A stretch of 64,000 bases of DNA, from NCBI GenBank assembly GCA_012517375.1, contig JAAYVC010000101.1, positions 19,438-83,437 of the forward strand, written 5' to 3'. The position numbers and the translations under genes were made by a program. Shown piece by piece: positions 1 through 9,251 of the stretch. Numbering within the stretch: position 1 is the stretch's first letter; each line of letters opens with the position of its first letter. The notes under the pieces are model-generated. The model searched no databases and was not told the origin of the DNA. It saw nothing but the letters and a program-made list of their open reading frames with translations. This DNA is from a bacterium. Its GTDB lineage: Bacteria > Hydrothermota > Tepidihabitantia > B3-TA06.

Positions 1-184
1 TGCCGGGGACCTCTACTCTTACAATCAAGGATTCCTTGGTCTCTTCGATATCGACAAGAGGGGCCCATGTGGCAGGAAAGTCCTCAGCGCCCCAACGACC
101 AAAGAATGAATCGAAAAGACGCTCCATATCTCTGCGGAAAGTGTCTATACCCCAGAAGGGTTCATATCTTTTTATTTTAGTCAT
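1..184 (-). CDS. Hsp20/alpha-crystallin small heat-shock protein (partial, C-terminus beyond window edge)
   Basis: rc translation MTKIKRYEPFWGIDTFRRDMERLFDSFFGRWGAEDFPATWAPLVDIEETKESLIVRVEVPG; AGGAGG RBS 8 nt upstream of ATG at 184; not in ORF track because truncated. Confidence 0.7.
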   Translation of the reverse strand, partial: MTKIKRYEPFWGIDTFRRDMERLFDSFFGRWGAEDFPATWAPLVDIEETKESLIVRVEVPG

Positions 185-318
185 GTTTGCCAACCTCCTT
201 ATAATTTCTAGTTGGTTTGTATTCACAACTATATTATAGTTTGCTAAAATGGTTTGTCAAGGTCATTCGAAGAAGATGGTTATGGAACGTAAAGGAAAGA
301 TGCGACGTCTAGAATATA

Positions 319-753
319 GTGCGTTCAGAGTCAGCTCTTTATCACGAGATGCTTTTCCGTGAGATTACAAAGGCGGGCTGGTTCAGGTGTTTGATATGGG
401 GAAGCGTAAAGGCTGTTCTAGAAGGATTTCTGCATTTTCTCAATGTAGCAAACGTACTAGTTAGGGTAAGCATCGGTCTTGTGTGGATTGGTATTATTGC
501 TCCCGCGCTTGTGCTTTTTATTGCCACCTTTCGAAGCGCCAAGATACTGGGCTTCGAGCAGCCATACAAGTTCTTTATTGCCATGGAGATAGTTTTTCTA
601 GTAAGTCTTGTTGCCCAGCTTCCTTTGATATTCCTGGGGCTGTTCTTTCATGACGGGTTTGTAACAATCTTTTCACTTATTATAGTCAGCCTTGCCGGTT
701 ACAATATTAAAAGGGATTTAGAACAAAGAGGATGGAACAAACTCGAGGCTTAA
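319..753 (+). CDS. hypothetical integral membrane protein
   Basis: 144-aa ORF with 3-4 hydrophobic segments; no recognizable motif. Confidence 0.35.
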   Translation: MRSESALYHEMLFREITKAGWFRCLIWGSVKAVLEGFLHFLNVANVLVRVSIGLVWIGIIAPALVLFIATFRSAKILGFEQPYKFFIAMEIVFLVSLVAQLPLIFLGLFFHDGFVTIFSLIIVSLAGYNIKRDLEQRGWNKLEA

Positions 754-794
754 TTTTCAGCTTGACAATATATTGATTTAATATAGTATAAAGA

Positions 795-2255
795 GTGCCT
801 CTGATGGGAAAAAAGAAAAACTTAAATGTCAAGAAATCCCGTTTGATTGTCGTTTCGAATCGAAGTCCTTACTTTTTTGAATCTTATAAGGATGGAATAA
901 GGATGACTCGCAGCGTAAGCGGCATGGTTACAGGTCTTGAACCCGTGCTTGCTTCCACTCGGGGGATGTGGATAGCGTGGGGCGCTCTTCCAAAAGAAGT
1001 GACTGATAGAATCTTCCGCATTCCTCCTGAAAATCCCACCTTTGACCTTAAGTTGATACAGCTGGATGCAAACGAGATAAATCGTTATTATCTGGGATTT
1101 TCCAACAGTACGCTCTGGCCCCTGGCTCATAATTTCCTGGGCAGAACAGTCTACGAGGAGCAGGATTGGCATGTTTATGAACAGGTAAACGATAAATTTG
1201 CCCAGGCTGTTGCGGAGGAGATTCGATCGAAAGATACAATCTGGGTCAATGATTATCAGCTTTCGCTGGTACCTGGAAAAATGCGCGCCCTTGGAGTCAG
1301 AGGAAAGATTGGATTTTTCTGGCACATCCCTTTTCCGCCACTTGACCTTTTCCGCACCCTTCCATGGCGCAAAGAAATAATTTCGGGTCTTCTCGGTTCG
1401 GACCTTGTAGGCTTTCACTGTCGTTCATACGCTAACAACTTTCTTCAGGCGGTAGAGGAACTCCTGGGTCTGGATGTATCTTTCTCAAAGGGGCTTATTC
1501 GAACCAGAAGACCCGTTCAGGTTGCGGCTTTTCCAATGGGAATAGATTACAAGAGGATACAATCGCTTATAAAATCCAACAATGCAATAGATACGGCGCG
1601 GAAGATACGCAAGGAACTGGCTGCCAAGCATCTTGTCCTTGGAGTTGACAGGCTCGATTATTCAAAGGGTATTCCCGAACGTCTAGCCGCAGTTGAGAGA
1701 TTTCTTGAAGAAAATCCTGCATATATCGGAAAATTAAGCTTTATCCAGGTTTCGGTTCCGAGCCGCATCCAGCTTCCTGAGTACGCTAAGATGCAATCGG
1801 AGGTCGAAAACGCCGTAGGAAGGATAAATGGACGCTTCTCGAAGAGGGGATGGGTGCCGATACACTATTACTTCAGGGCATTGCCGTTTGAAGAACTAGT
1901 AAGCTATTATATGGCTTCAGATGTGTGTTTGATAACACCTCTTCGCGACGGCATGAACCTGGTTGCCAAGGAATACATTGCTTCCCAGAACAGAAACAGG
2001 GGAATGCTTGTTCTTTCGGAGTTCGCAGGCGCTGCAGAGGAGCTCAAGGAGGCAGTGCTTGTAAATCCTTACAGCATACCATCGATAGTAAGAGGCTTGA
2101 AAAAGGCGCTGGAGATGAAACCGGGCGAACGCTACTTCAGGATGAATGAGATGCACCAGCGGCTTAAGCGCCGCGATATAGAAAAGTGGGGAAGGCTGTT
2201 TCTTGAGAAATTATCCAGACAGATAGAAACCAAGCCCGTAAAGAGAAGACCGTAA
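795..2255 (+). CDS. otsA: alpha,alpha-trehalose-phosphate synthase (GT20)
   Basis: 486 aa; GT20 motifs [34 protein letters not shown]. Confidence 0.9.
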   Translation: MPLMGKKKNLNVKKSRLIVVSNRSPYFFESYKDGIRMTRSVSGMVTGLEPVLASTRGMWIAWGALPKEVTDRIFRIPPENPTFDLKLIQLDANEINRYYLGFSNSTLWPLAHNFLGRTVYEEQDWHVYEQVNDKFAQAVAEEIRSKDTIWVNDYQLSLVPGKMRALGVRGKIGFFWHIPFPPLDLFRTLPWRKEIISGLLGSDLVGFHCRSYANNFLQAVEELLGLDVSFSKGLIRTRRPVQVAAFPMGIDYKRIQSLIKSNNAIDTARKIRKELAAKHLVLGVDRLDYSKGIPERLAAVERFLEENPAYIGKLSFIQVSVPSRIQLPEYAKMQSEVENAVGRINGRFSKRGWVPIHYYFRALPFEELVSYYMASDVCLITPLRDGMNLVAKEYIASQNRNRGMLVLSEFAGAAEELKEAVLVNPYSIPSIVRGLKKALEMKPGERYFRMNEMHQRLKRRDIEKWGRLFLEKLSRQIETKPVKRRP

Positions 2256-3022
2256 TGCAATCAAACGAGGAGCTTTTCAATATATTAAGGAACGCCCGCT
2301 CCCGCCTCCTGATGTTTGATTTCGACGGAACCCTTGTCGATATCGCGCCGACTCCAGGCAGCATAAAACCGTCCCGTGATCTTGGAGATTTGCTCAACTC
2401 CTTATCCAAAAAGACCTTAACAAATGTTTGCGTGATAAGCGGACGCATTATATCCGATCTCGTTAACTACCTTCGAGATGTAAAAGGAATCGCACTGGCA
2501 GGATGCCACGGAGCCGAGATTAAAATTCCTGGAAAGAGAAAAATACTTCTCGCGGATCAAGACAAGATTCAATCACTAATAACCCAGCTCAGAGAATATT
2601 TAAAACCTTTCTTCAATGAACCAGGCATAATTATCGAGCTGAAACCATTTTCACTGGCAATGCATTTCAGGCTGGCTGAAGAACAATTAAAAACTCGCGC
2701 TAAAAAAGAATTTATCGCTCGCGCAAAGAAATTGAACGGTAATGGAGATATGGAATTTCTCGAAGGGAAGATGGTTCTTGAATTCAAACCGAAGTATGTA
2801 AACAAAGGATTAGCCGTAAAATATATCCTTAAACATTTTATTCCCGAAAAGGACTCTCTTTGCGTTTATTTCGGTGATGATACCACAGATCTTGACGCAT
2901 TTGCAGCGCTTCCAGAGCGTTCAATCAAGGTCGCGGTAGGTGAGAAGATAACGGGGAAGGCTGATTATAATATTCATTCACCTGAAGATCTTCGTAATCT
3001 AATCCGGAGGTTGGTAAAATGA
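2255..3022 (+). CDS. otsB: trehalose-6-phosphate phosphatase (HAD family)
   Basis: FDFDGTL HAD motif I, VISGR, C-terminal GDDTTD; start overlaps otsA stop (translational coupling). Confidence 0.85.
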   Translation: MQSNEELFNILRNARSRLLMFDFDGTLVDIAPTPGSIKPSRDLGDLLNSLSKKTLTNVCVISGRIISDLVNYLRDVKGIALAGCHGAEIKIPGKRKILLADQDKIQSLITQLREYLKPFFNEPGIIIELKPFSLAMHFRLAEEQLKTRAKKEFIARAKKLNGNGDMEFLEGKMVLEFKPKYVNKGLAVKYILKHFIPEKDSLCVYFGDDTTDLDAFAALPERSIKVAVGEKITGKADYNIHSPEDLRNLIRRLVK

Positions 3023-3918
3023 AAGGTTTAACCATGCTTGAGGAGTATACTCCTGTTGAAGCCCAGCGGGAAAGCGAGTTGCATTTTCTGGATTGGGCAT
3101 TTTTGATACAGCAAGTGGCCGCTGTGTCTTTGCTGCTGGTTAAGTTGTTGAATCCGAGCACCTTAAAAAACCTTGGCCCTGCATTGGATGTTATTTCACA
3201 GAATGCAAATGGATTTCCGCTCATCATCTTTATCGCTCTGCATCTTGCAGCCGTAATCCTGATACTGTTTGTAAAACGGCCTGTAATACCTACAATCATA
3301 TGGTCATGGCTTGGCTTAATGACAATCTACTCGGTAATTGAGTTTATCCTTGGTGAAAAAGGTATTGCCAATCTGGCCGGAATAGGTCTATCCGCACTCT
3401 GGGGCGTCTACTTCCTTTTTTCCAAGCGCATCAAGATTCGTTACTTTTATAAGATGGCTTTTAATAATGCGGTGCGGACAATTATCTGCCCCAGATGCAA
3501 AAAAGAGGTTTTTATCGACACTAACGAATGCGGCGACATTCTTGCTGAAGATGAAACGCTTAATGCTCTCCAAGCGCGTATCGGGGATATAATAAATGTG
3601 CCTTCGCATATACGGGCTGCCCAGATAGAACTCACGGATTCACGCTTCGGCTCCAGAGCGCTCGGTTTCTTTAAGGAATTGTACCAGAAGGAAATAAAGT
3701 CTCTTGCCCCGAATGCACAGATAGCTTCTGCACTCATGAAAGTAATCTCGAAATATCCTTCCGAGTCATCACCTAAACCTCAGATAAAGAGCAAACCGTC
3801 CGCAACAAAACCAATGACCTCAAAAGCCTTGTCCAAAAAGGATGCAAAAAAGACGCAGAAACCATCATCAAAACCTGCAGCAAAAAAGAGTCCACCAAAA
3901 AGAAGCCGGCCAAAGTAA
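3019..3918 (+). CDS. membrane protein with zinc-ribbon-like CPRC..ECGD and lysine/proline-rich histone-H1-like C-terminal tail
   Basis: 4 predicted TM helices N-terminally; tail SKPSATKPMTSKALSKKDAKKTQKPSSKPAAKKSPPKRSRPK; ATGA overlap with otsB stop. Confidence 0.5.
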   Translation: MKGLTMLEEYTPVEAQRESELHFLDWAFLIQQVAAVSLLLVKLLNPSTLKNLGPALDVISQNANGFPLIIFIALHLAAVILILFVKRPVIPTIIWSWLGLMTIYSVIEFILGEKGIANLAGIGLSALWGVYFLFSKRIKIRYFYKMAFNNAVRTIICPRCKKEVFIDTNECGDILAEDETLNALQARIGDIINVPSHIRAAQIELTDSRFGSRALGFFKELYQKEIKSLAPNAQIASALMKVISKYPSESSPKPQIKSKPSATKPMTSKALSKKDAKKTQKPSSKPAAKKSPPKRSRPK

Positions 3919-4078
3919 CACACTGTTTTCGAGTTTTTGAAGGTGTATGAGAAAGTGTTACGGGGTGCTACGAGGTGTTACGTCTTAGACTGACGCTACG
4001 TATAGGAATACTTAGTAGAGATACGGGTGTTACGGGTATGGGGCTTGACAAACTCGAAATTTTGATTAAAGTAAACTT

Positions 4079-5299
4079 GTGAATACCGAACGCAAGCTCG
4101 AAACACTTGGTACGGCGGCGCAGTTCGATCTCTGCGGCGCCTGTCTGAACCCAAAGAACGACCCGAAGGCGCACCGTCAGAAGGGCCACATGGACCGCTG
4201 GGTATATCCTGCTGCAATGCCTGACGGCAAGACTATTCTTCTTTTCAAGGTTCTGATGGCAAACAGGTGCGAAAACAACTGCCTTTACTGCGTAGCAAGG
4301 AAGGGGAACGACCAGCCTGTATTATCCTTCGAACCTGAAGAACTTGCACGGTTGTTTATTGAAATGCTTGTCAAAAGACTTGTTGAGGGATTATTTCTCT
4401 CTTCTGCAATCCTTGGGAACGCGCAGCGGATGATGGACAAGATGCTGGCTACAGTCGAGCTTTTGCGGTTTCGATACCGCTTTCCTGGTTATGTTCACCT
4501 CAAGGTGCTTCCTGGATCGAGGATGGACCAGATTGAGCGGGCTGTACAGCTAGCAACAAGAGTAAGCGTGAACCTTGAGGCGCCTTCGCCAGAGCGTCTT
4601 TCCTTAATCGCGCCGGATAAGAGGTATGCCGAGGATTTGTTTAAGCAGATACTCGTTATGCACAAGCTTATAACGAAGTTCAACGAAGGAATTAAAGGTA
4701 TTCCGCCAAGGGGACAGACCACCCAGTTCATAGTGGGCGCCGCAGGCGAATCGGATGCAGAGATTCTCGGAATAACCAATACTCTTTACGGCAAGCTGAA
4801 CCTCTCAAGGGTCTTCTTCAGCGCATTCCAGCCTGCAGAAGGCACGCCGTTCGATTCAAGAAAACCTACGCCATTATTAAGGGAACACAGGCTGTACCAG
4901 ACCGATTTCCTTTTTCGCAGATACGGTTTCAAGCCAGAAGAGGTGGGATTGACCCAGGAAGGCAATCTGCCTTTGTCTAAAGATCCGAAAACGATATGGG
5001 CGGACGCTCACCCCGAGTTTTTTCCTCTGGAGATAAATACAGCCCCAGAACACGCTCTCTTAAGGGTTCCCGGACTAGGTCCCAAAACCATCAGAAAAGT
5101 CTTGAAGATACGGAGATATCACAAGTTCAGGAGCATTGAGGAGCTTGCAAACCTCGGAATGCGCACAAGAATCTCCTCAGGGTATCTATTGCTTAATGGC
5201 CGTCTTGCAAGCTCTCGATACACGCAAAAGGAGATCTGGCAGCCTGAGAAGATAGTTTTCGGAAAGATAACAGAGGCGCCCCTTCCCAACTTACCGTAA
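4079..5299 (+). CDS. putative DNA modification/repair radical SAM protein (TIGR03916-like) with C-terminal helix-hairpin-helix
   Basis: CENNCLYC = CxxxCxxC radical-SAM cluster motif; C-terminal LLRVPGLGPKTIRKVLKIRR HhH; GTG start. Confidence 0.7.
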   Translation: MNTERKLETLGTAAQFDLCGACLNPKNDPKAHRQKGHMDRWVYPAAMPDGKTILLFKVLMANRCENNCLYCVARKGNDQPVLSFEPEELARLFIEMLVKRLVEGLFLSSAILGNAQRMMDKMLATVELLRFRYRFPGYVHLKVLPGSRMDQIERAVQLATRVSVNLEAPSPERLSLIAPDKRYAEDLFKQILVMHKLITKFNEGIKGIPPRGQTTQFIVGAAGESDAEILGITNTLYGKLNLSRVFFSAFQPAEGTPFDSRKPTPLLREHRLYQTDFLFRRYGFKPEEVGLTQEGNLPLSKDPKTIWADAHPEFFPLEINTAPEHALLRVPGLGPKTIRKVLKIRRYHKFRSIEELANLGMRTRISSGYLLLNGRLASSRYTQKEIWQPEKIVFGKITEAPLPNLP

Positions 5300-5312
5300 A
5301 AAATCACGGCTC

Positions 5313-5362
5313 TTGACTTGTCGCTGCTTCGTGCTACAATCAGACAAATTGTAGCACGAAGC
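5313..5362 (+). promoter_or_regulatory. sigma70-like promoter (TTGACT-16-TACAAT) overlapped by a perfect 15-bp inverted repeat; candidate NikR operator
   Basis: GCTTCGTGCTACAAT-cagacaa-ATTGTAGCACGAAGC at 5326-5362; -10 lies inside left arm; AAGGAG RBS then ATG 5386. Confidence 0.6.
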
Positions 5363-5385
5363 TTGAAATTTGATAAGGAGCATAA

Positions 5386-5799
5386 ATGAATCTTGTACGT
5401 TTTGGCGTTTCCATGGAAAAAGACCTTCTTAAACAGTTTGATTATTCAATTGAAAAGAAGGGGTATCCGAATCGTTCAGAGGCGTTCAGGGACCTTGTCA
5501 GGCAGTGCCTTTTAGAGAAGATTGAATACGACCCTGCAACGTCCTCGATAGGAGTAATCTCGTTTGTTTACGAGCACGAGCATAAGGATATTTCGAGAAG
5601 ACTTGTAAGTATAGGTCATTCGAAGCTGGGTGAAATAATCTCATCCCTTCATATACATATTGATGAACACCAGTGCATGGAGGTAATAGTAGCTAAGGGT
5701 ACGGCCGAAGAACTGAAAAGGCTATCCGATCAAATCCTTGCGTCAAAGGGTGTCCTTCACGGCCAGCTAATGCTTTCTCCGCTCAAAAAACACCACTAA
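5386..5799 (+). CDS. nikR: nickel-responsive transcriptional regulator NikR (ribbon-helix-helix + ACT-like metal-binding domain)
   Basis: N-terminal RHH RFGVSMEKDLLKQFDYSIEKKGYPNRSEAFRDLVRQ; HEHEH and HIHIDEHQCMEV match NikR high-affinity Ni site H..H..H-x-C. Confidence 0.8.
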   Translation: MNLVRFGVSMEKDLLKQFDYSIEKKGYPNRSEAFRDLVRQCLLEKIEYDPATSSIGVISFVYEHEHKDISRRLVSIGHSKLGEIISSLHIHIDEHQCMEVIVAKGTAEELKRLSDQILASKGVLHGQLMLSPLKKHH

Positions 5800-5873
5800 C
5801 CATACAAACTTTTACGTCGCATGTAACATTCTAGTTACACTTGACACGTATATATTTTTGACTATCCTATGGT

Positions 5874-6272
5874 ATGCAATCAACAGTTGACAAAAAGACC
5901 CACGATTTATGGGCAAGCCGTATGGAGAACCCAGATCTCCTTACCAAGGCTACAGACATGATAAAAGATATCCTGGGTGAGCGAATCGGCGAGATCAGAG
6001 CCGATAAACTCGGGATACACTACATCTCCGACAGCCGCATCATAATGTCTCTCTATGCCTCTTTCCCTTACCTGCGCATCTCTTTTGCACCTGCAGCTGG
6101 CCTTCTTCTTCGCGAAGAGGAAACCTTCGACGTGTACCGCTACAACTTCTGGGAAACGACCTGGCGCATGACTCACGAATGTTATACAGGAATGTCCGTG
6201 TGGATTTCTGAGCCAAGACATCTCAAGGTCTTTCAATCTTTATTAGAGAGGATTAAAGCCGGAAAGGGATAA
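5874..6272 (+). CDS. hypothetical protein
   Basis: 132-aa ORF followed by intrinsic terminator; no recognizable motif. Confidence 0.4.
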   Translation: MQSTVDKKTHDLWASRMENPDLLTKATDMIKDILGERIGEIRADKLGIHYISDSRIIMSLYASFPYLRISFAPAAGLLLREEETFDVYRYNFWETTWRMTHECYTGMSVWISEPRHLKVFQSLLERIKAGKG

Positions 6273-6297
6273 TCCTTTCGTAATTCTAAAAATTATT

Positions 6298-6323
6298 AAG
6301 GCCCCCGCAGGGGGCCTTTTCTT
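6298..6323. terminator. rho-independent terminator hairpin AAGGCCCCC-gca-GGGGGCCTT + TTCTT
   Basis: perfect 9-bp GC-rich stem followed by T-rich tract. Confidence 0.6.
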
Positions 6324-6335
6324 AAATAAGCTAAG

Positions 6336-6407
6336 CTCCTCGGGAGGGATTTGAACCCCCGACCTAGTGGTTAACAGCCACCCGCTCTACCGCTGAGCTA
6401 CCGAGGA
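6336..6407 (-). tRNA. tRNA-Asn (GTT)
   Basis: rc gives cloverleaf TCCTCGG/TA/GCTC-AGCGGTA-GAGC/GGTGG-CTGTTAA-CCACT/T-arm GGGGG-TTCAAAT-CCCTC/CCGAGGA+G; anticodon GTT; CCA not encoded. Confidence 0.85.
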
Positions 6408-6460
6408 ATTTCCAATAAGCCTGGAGTATAGCCAGGAAAAAACTCGTGTCAAGAATTGGC

Positions 6461-9220
6461 TCATCTCAGCAATACGAACTTCGCCGTGTGTGCGTCCGTT
6501 GATGTGTGAAGAACGGCAAGGTAGAGCCCTGAAGCGGCGGGCATCCCCTTCGGAGTCAACCCGTCCCAGAAGGCGCCCATGTTATCCAGTTCTGTCTGAG
6601 TTGTGTAAACGCCTACGCCTATCTCTTTGAAGTCGTTGGGTTCGAGAGGCTCCAGTTCCTTTTCGATAACGAGCTCGCCGTTCAATGTATATATCCTTAT
6701 TTTCACGAAGGTGGACGCCTTGTTCAACCTGAATGGAAAGTAAACTCTTGCCGAGGCTGCGGCGTAGAAAGGATTAGGATAGGGAGCAAGAAATTCGTTT
6801 CGAGAAAAGGTGTCTGCCGTATCAGGCAAAGGCTCGATAGCCCTATATGCGTCGGGAATGCCGTAGCCGAGAGTGTCGTTAGGACTAGCGTACATCGTGG
6901 CGCTCCGCTCAAGAAGCGAGATTATAGTGTCGGGATTTCCTCTGTACTCGGGGTGCGCCTCGAGCATCAGGGCTGCGGTTCCGGATATCAGAGGAGCGGC
7001 ATAAGAAGTGCCGGAGTTGTAAAAATACAAGCTGAGCGAGTCGTCTATGTTTATGACGTATACTCCGCTTGCCGGCGCGACGAGTTCGGGCTTAAGACGT
7101 CCGTCAGAGGTGGGACCTACCGCGCTCCCCATACTGGAAGGGGTCTGCGGCCACCATGAACCAAGCGTATCGACGCCGCCCACAGTCAGAATGCCCTTTG
7201 CATCGGCAGGAGGAATAATATAAGGGGATGCACTTTTTACATTACCGGCCGCATTTACTACAAGAACGCCCCTTTCGGCAGCCATCGTTGCGGCCCGCGA
7301 TGCCGGTGATGTCAAGCCGTTTCTCTCGCTGTATTCATACCACTCTCCATAAGCGAGGGATGAATTTACAATATCTACGCCTTCGCGCTCGAGCCATTCA
7401 AGACCTTCTATCCAGATATCCTCCTCCGATTGAATCTCGTAGGTAAGACCGTACTTGTTGACGTGCTTTTCGGTCTTGGCTACGTAAAGCTCTGCAGCAG
7501 GCGATGCGCCTATGTATCTTGAGCCCTGGTATCCGACTGCCAGAGCAGCCGTCCTTGAGCCATGAGCGGGATGGGTATAATTATTCACGTCAATTCCATC
7601 CTCCAGAGGGTCATAGTCCGTATCACCGTCGCCTCTTTCCAGCCAAACGATCTCGAGATTGCCGCTATTCGAAAAAGCGGAAGGCAGATTGGAGAATCCG
7701 TCAGGAGAAAGGGGAGAGGGAGCATCCCAGTTCGCTTGTGAATTTCTTTTCGTCATAAATACCTGACCGGCTGATTCAAAAACAGCCTTGAGAGCGCCTT
7801 CATCATCAATGAGGTCCACGTTGTCAATAACTGCAAACGGCACCGGATGCTTGTAGGATGTCCAGGAGGTCCCGGCTCCGTCAGTTTCGTAAGAAACAAG
7901 GTTGTATTCGCCGGACGATATCTCCGCACACAAAAGGTTGTTGTTCACCATATCAAAGGCGACGACTCTACCGCTTGCAGGCGAGGAGATAGCGGTGAAA
8001 CTGGCTCCGGCATTCAGGCTTCTTGCAAGGAAAAGTCTTCCTTGAGTTAAATCAAGGGCGGATACAATAATCGTATCTCCTGAAAGAGAAGCCTTTGGCT
8101 GGTCGAGTATGCCGCCGGGCGATATTACTTGGAGGCTTAGCTGCCAGGCAAGACTGGTCCCCGTTCTCACTGCCTTGTTGAAGTACACGTTTCCGTCGTT
8201 CTTGACGTAAAAAAGAAAAGTCGTATCGTTTCTTGTGAGGATAAATGGGTTTCTTGAGTCGGTATCCAGCAGGCTCTTGCCGAAGGCTTGTCCTTCATAG
8301 TTTAGCACTGCCCACCTTAAATCCCTCGCAGTCAAGCCGTAATCTGATCCAGCCGAGCCTGCCTCCCACAATAAAACCAGCGAAGAATCCCCGGATGCCG
8401 CGTATGAACGAACAACGCCCTGCCTGTCTGAGAGTACGGCGGGGGTAAGGGGAATCGGGTCTGACCATCCCGAAGACGTGCGTCTTGATGCGAATAGTAC
8501 CCTTGCGGATTGAGAATTCTCGGGCGTCGAATCGGATATGAATAAAAGCCATTGCCCGTGAATCTCCGGCTGCTGAACTATTTCGTAGTTGTGGATGAAT
8601 GATTCATAACTTCCTTCGCTTTCACTCCAGACCACAATGTCGTCGCCCGTTATGAAATCGTGCTCGGCTCCGAGCTTCAAGGTGTTGAACACCGGATGTT
8701 TTTTGTGAAGCCCTGTATCAAGGAAACCTATTTTAACGCCGTTCCCGAATATGCCTAGGTTGTGAACGGCAGGTATATTCAGGAGCGCAAGCTGATGATA
8801 TGTAGGACCGAAGAATGCCGAGTCTATCGATTCCTTTTTCTGGATTTTTGTATCATCCGGCTGACTTATATTCAATTGGGTACAAGCAACCGGCTCCAGA
8901 GAGCGAACGAACGACATGTTCCTGAGACCGGGCAGAAGCAAGCTATCAGTTTCAACGCTTACTGCGTTAAGCCAACGCGAGCGGGTTCGAATCCTGGCGC
9001 CTGAAATCTCAAGAAGTCTTATGTACAAAGGATTGAGCGGCAGGTCCTCCTCGGCGTACTGAAAGCCAAGTGCCGACGCCGTTCTGCGCATCCCAGTTTC
9101 GGGCAGCACCCGCATGATCCCCGGTGCAGTATTCTGAATCTTATCCTTGAAATAGACCCAGTAAGGCTCCGCAGCAATGCCCAATGATACAAATAAAGCG
9201 ATAGATATAATGCTCTTCAT
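6461..9220 (-). CDS. secreted S8-family subtilisin-like serine peptidase with large internal insertion and T9SS-type C-terminal sorting domain
   Basis: signal peptide; catalytic-triad motifs GFLDTGL (Asp), HGSRTAALAVG (His), GTSYAAPLISGTAALML (Ser); C-terminal VKIRIYTLNGELV...GLYLAVLHT CTD. Confidence 0.8.
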   Translation of the reverse strand: MKSIISIALFVSLGIAAEPYWVYFKDKIQNTAPGIMRVLPETGMRRTASALGFQYAEEDLPLNPLYIRLLEISGARIRTRSRWLNAVSVETDSLLLPGLRNMSFVRSLEPVACTQLNISQPDDTKIQKKESIDSAFFGPTYHQLALLNIPAVHNLGIFGNGVKIGFLDTGLHKKHPVFNTLKLGAEHDFITGDDIVVWSESEGSYESFIHNYEIVQQPEIHGQWLLFISDSTPENSQSARVLFASRRTSSGWSDPIPLTPAVLSDRQGVVRSYAASGDSSLVLLWEAGSAGSDYGLTARDLRWAVLNYEGQAFGKSLLDTDSRNPFILTRNDTTFLFYVKNDGNVYFNKAVRTGTSLAWQLSLQVISPGGILDQPKASLSGDTIIVSALDLTQGRLFLARSLNAGASFTAISSPASGRVVAFDMVNNNLLCAEISSGEYNLVSYETDGAGTSWTSYKHPVPFAVIDNVDLIDDEGALKAVFESAGQVFMTKRNSQANWDAPSPLSPDGFSNLPSAFSNSGNLEIVWLERGDGDTDYDPLEDGIDVNNYTHPAHGSRTAALAVGYQGSRYIGASPAAELYVAKTEKHVNKYGLTYEIQSEEDIWIEGLEWLEREGVDIVNSSLAYGEWYEYSERNGLTSPASRAATMAAERGVLVVNAAGNVKSASPYIIPPADAKGILTVGGVDTLGSWWPQTPSSMGSAVGPTSDGRLKPELVAPASGVYVINIDDSLSLYFYNSGTSYAAPLISGTAALMLEAHPEYRGNPDTIISLLERSATMYASPNDTLGYGIPDAYRAIEPLPDTADTFSRNEFLAPYPNPFYAAASARVYFPFRLNKASTFVKIRIYTLNGELVIEKELEPLEPNDFKEIGVGVYTTQTELDNMGAFWDGLTPKGMPAASGLYLAVLHTSTDAHTAKFVLLR

Positions 9221-9251
9221 TGCATACCCCCTTTACAGGTTTGAAGTTTTT

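Noticed and set aside
36-239. 67-aa + strand ORF from the track
   Set aside because: Lies antisense to a clear Hsp20 coding sequence with strong RBS on the minus strand; low-complexity translation
822-1418. 198-aa minus-strand ORF
   Set aside because: Antisense shadow ORF within otsA
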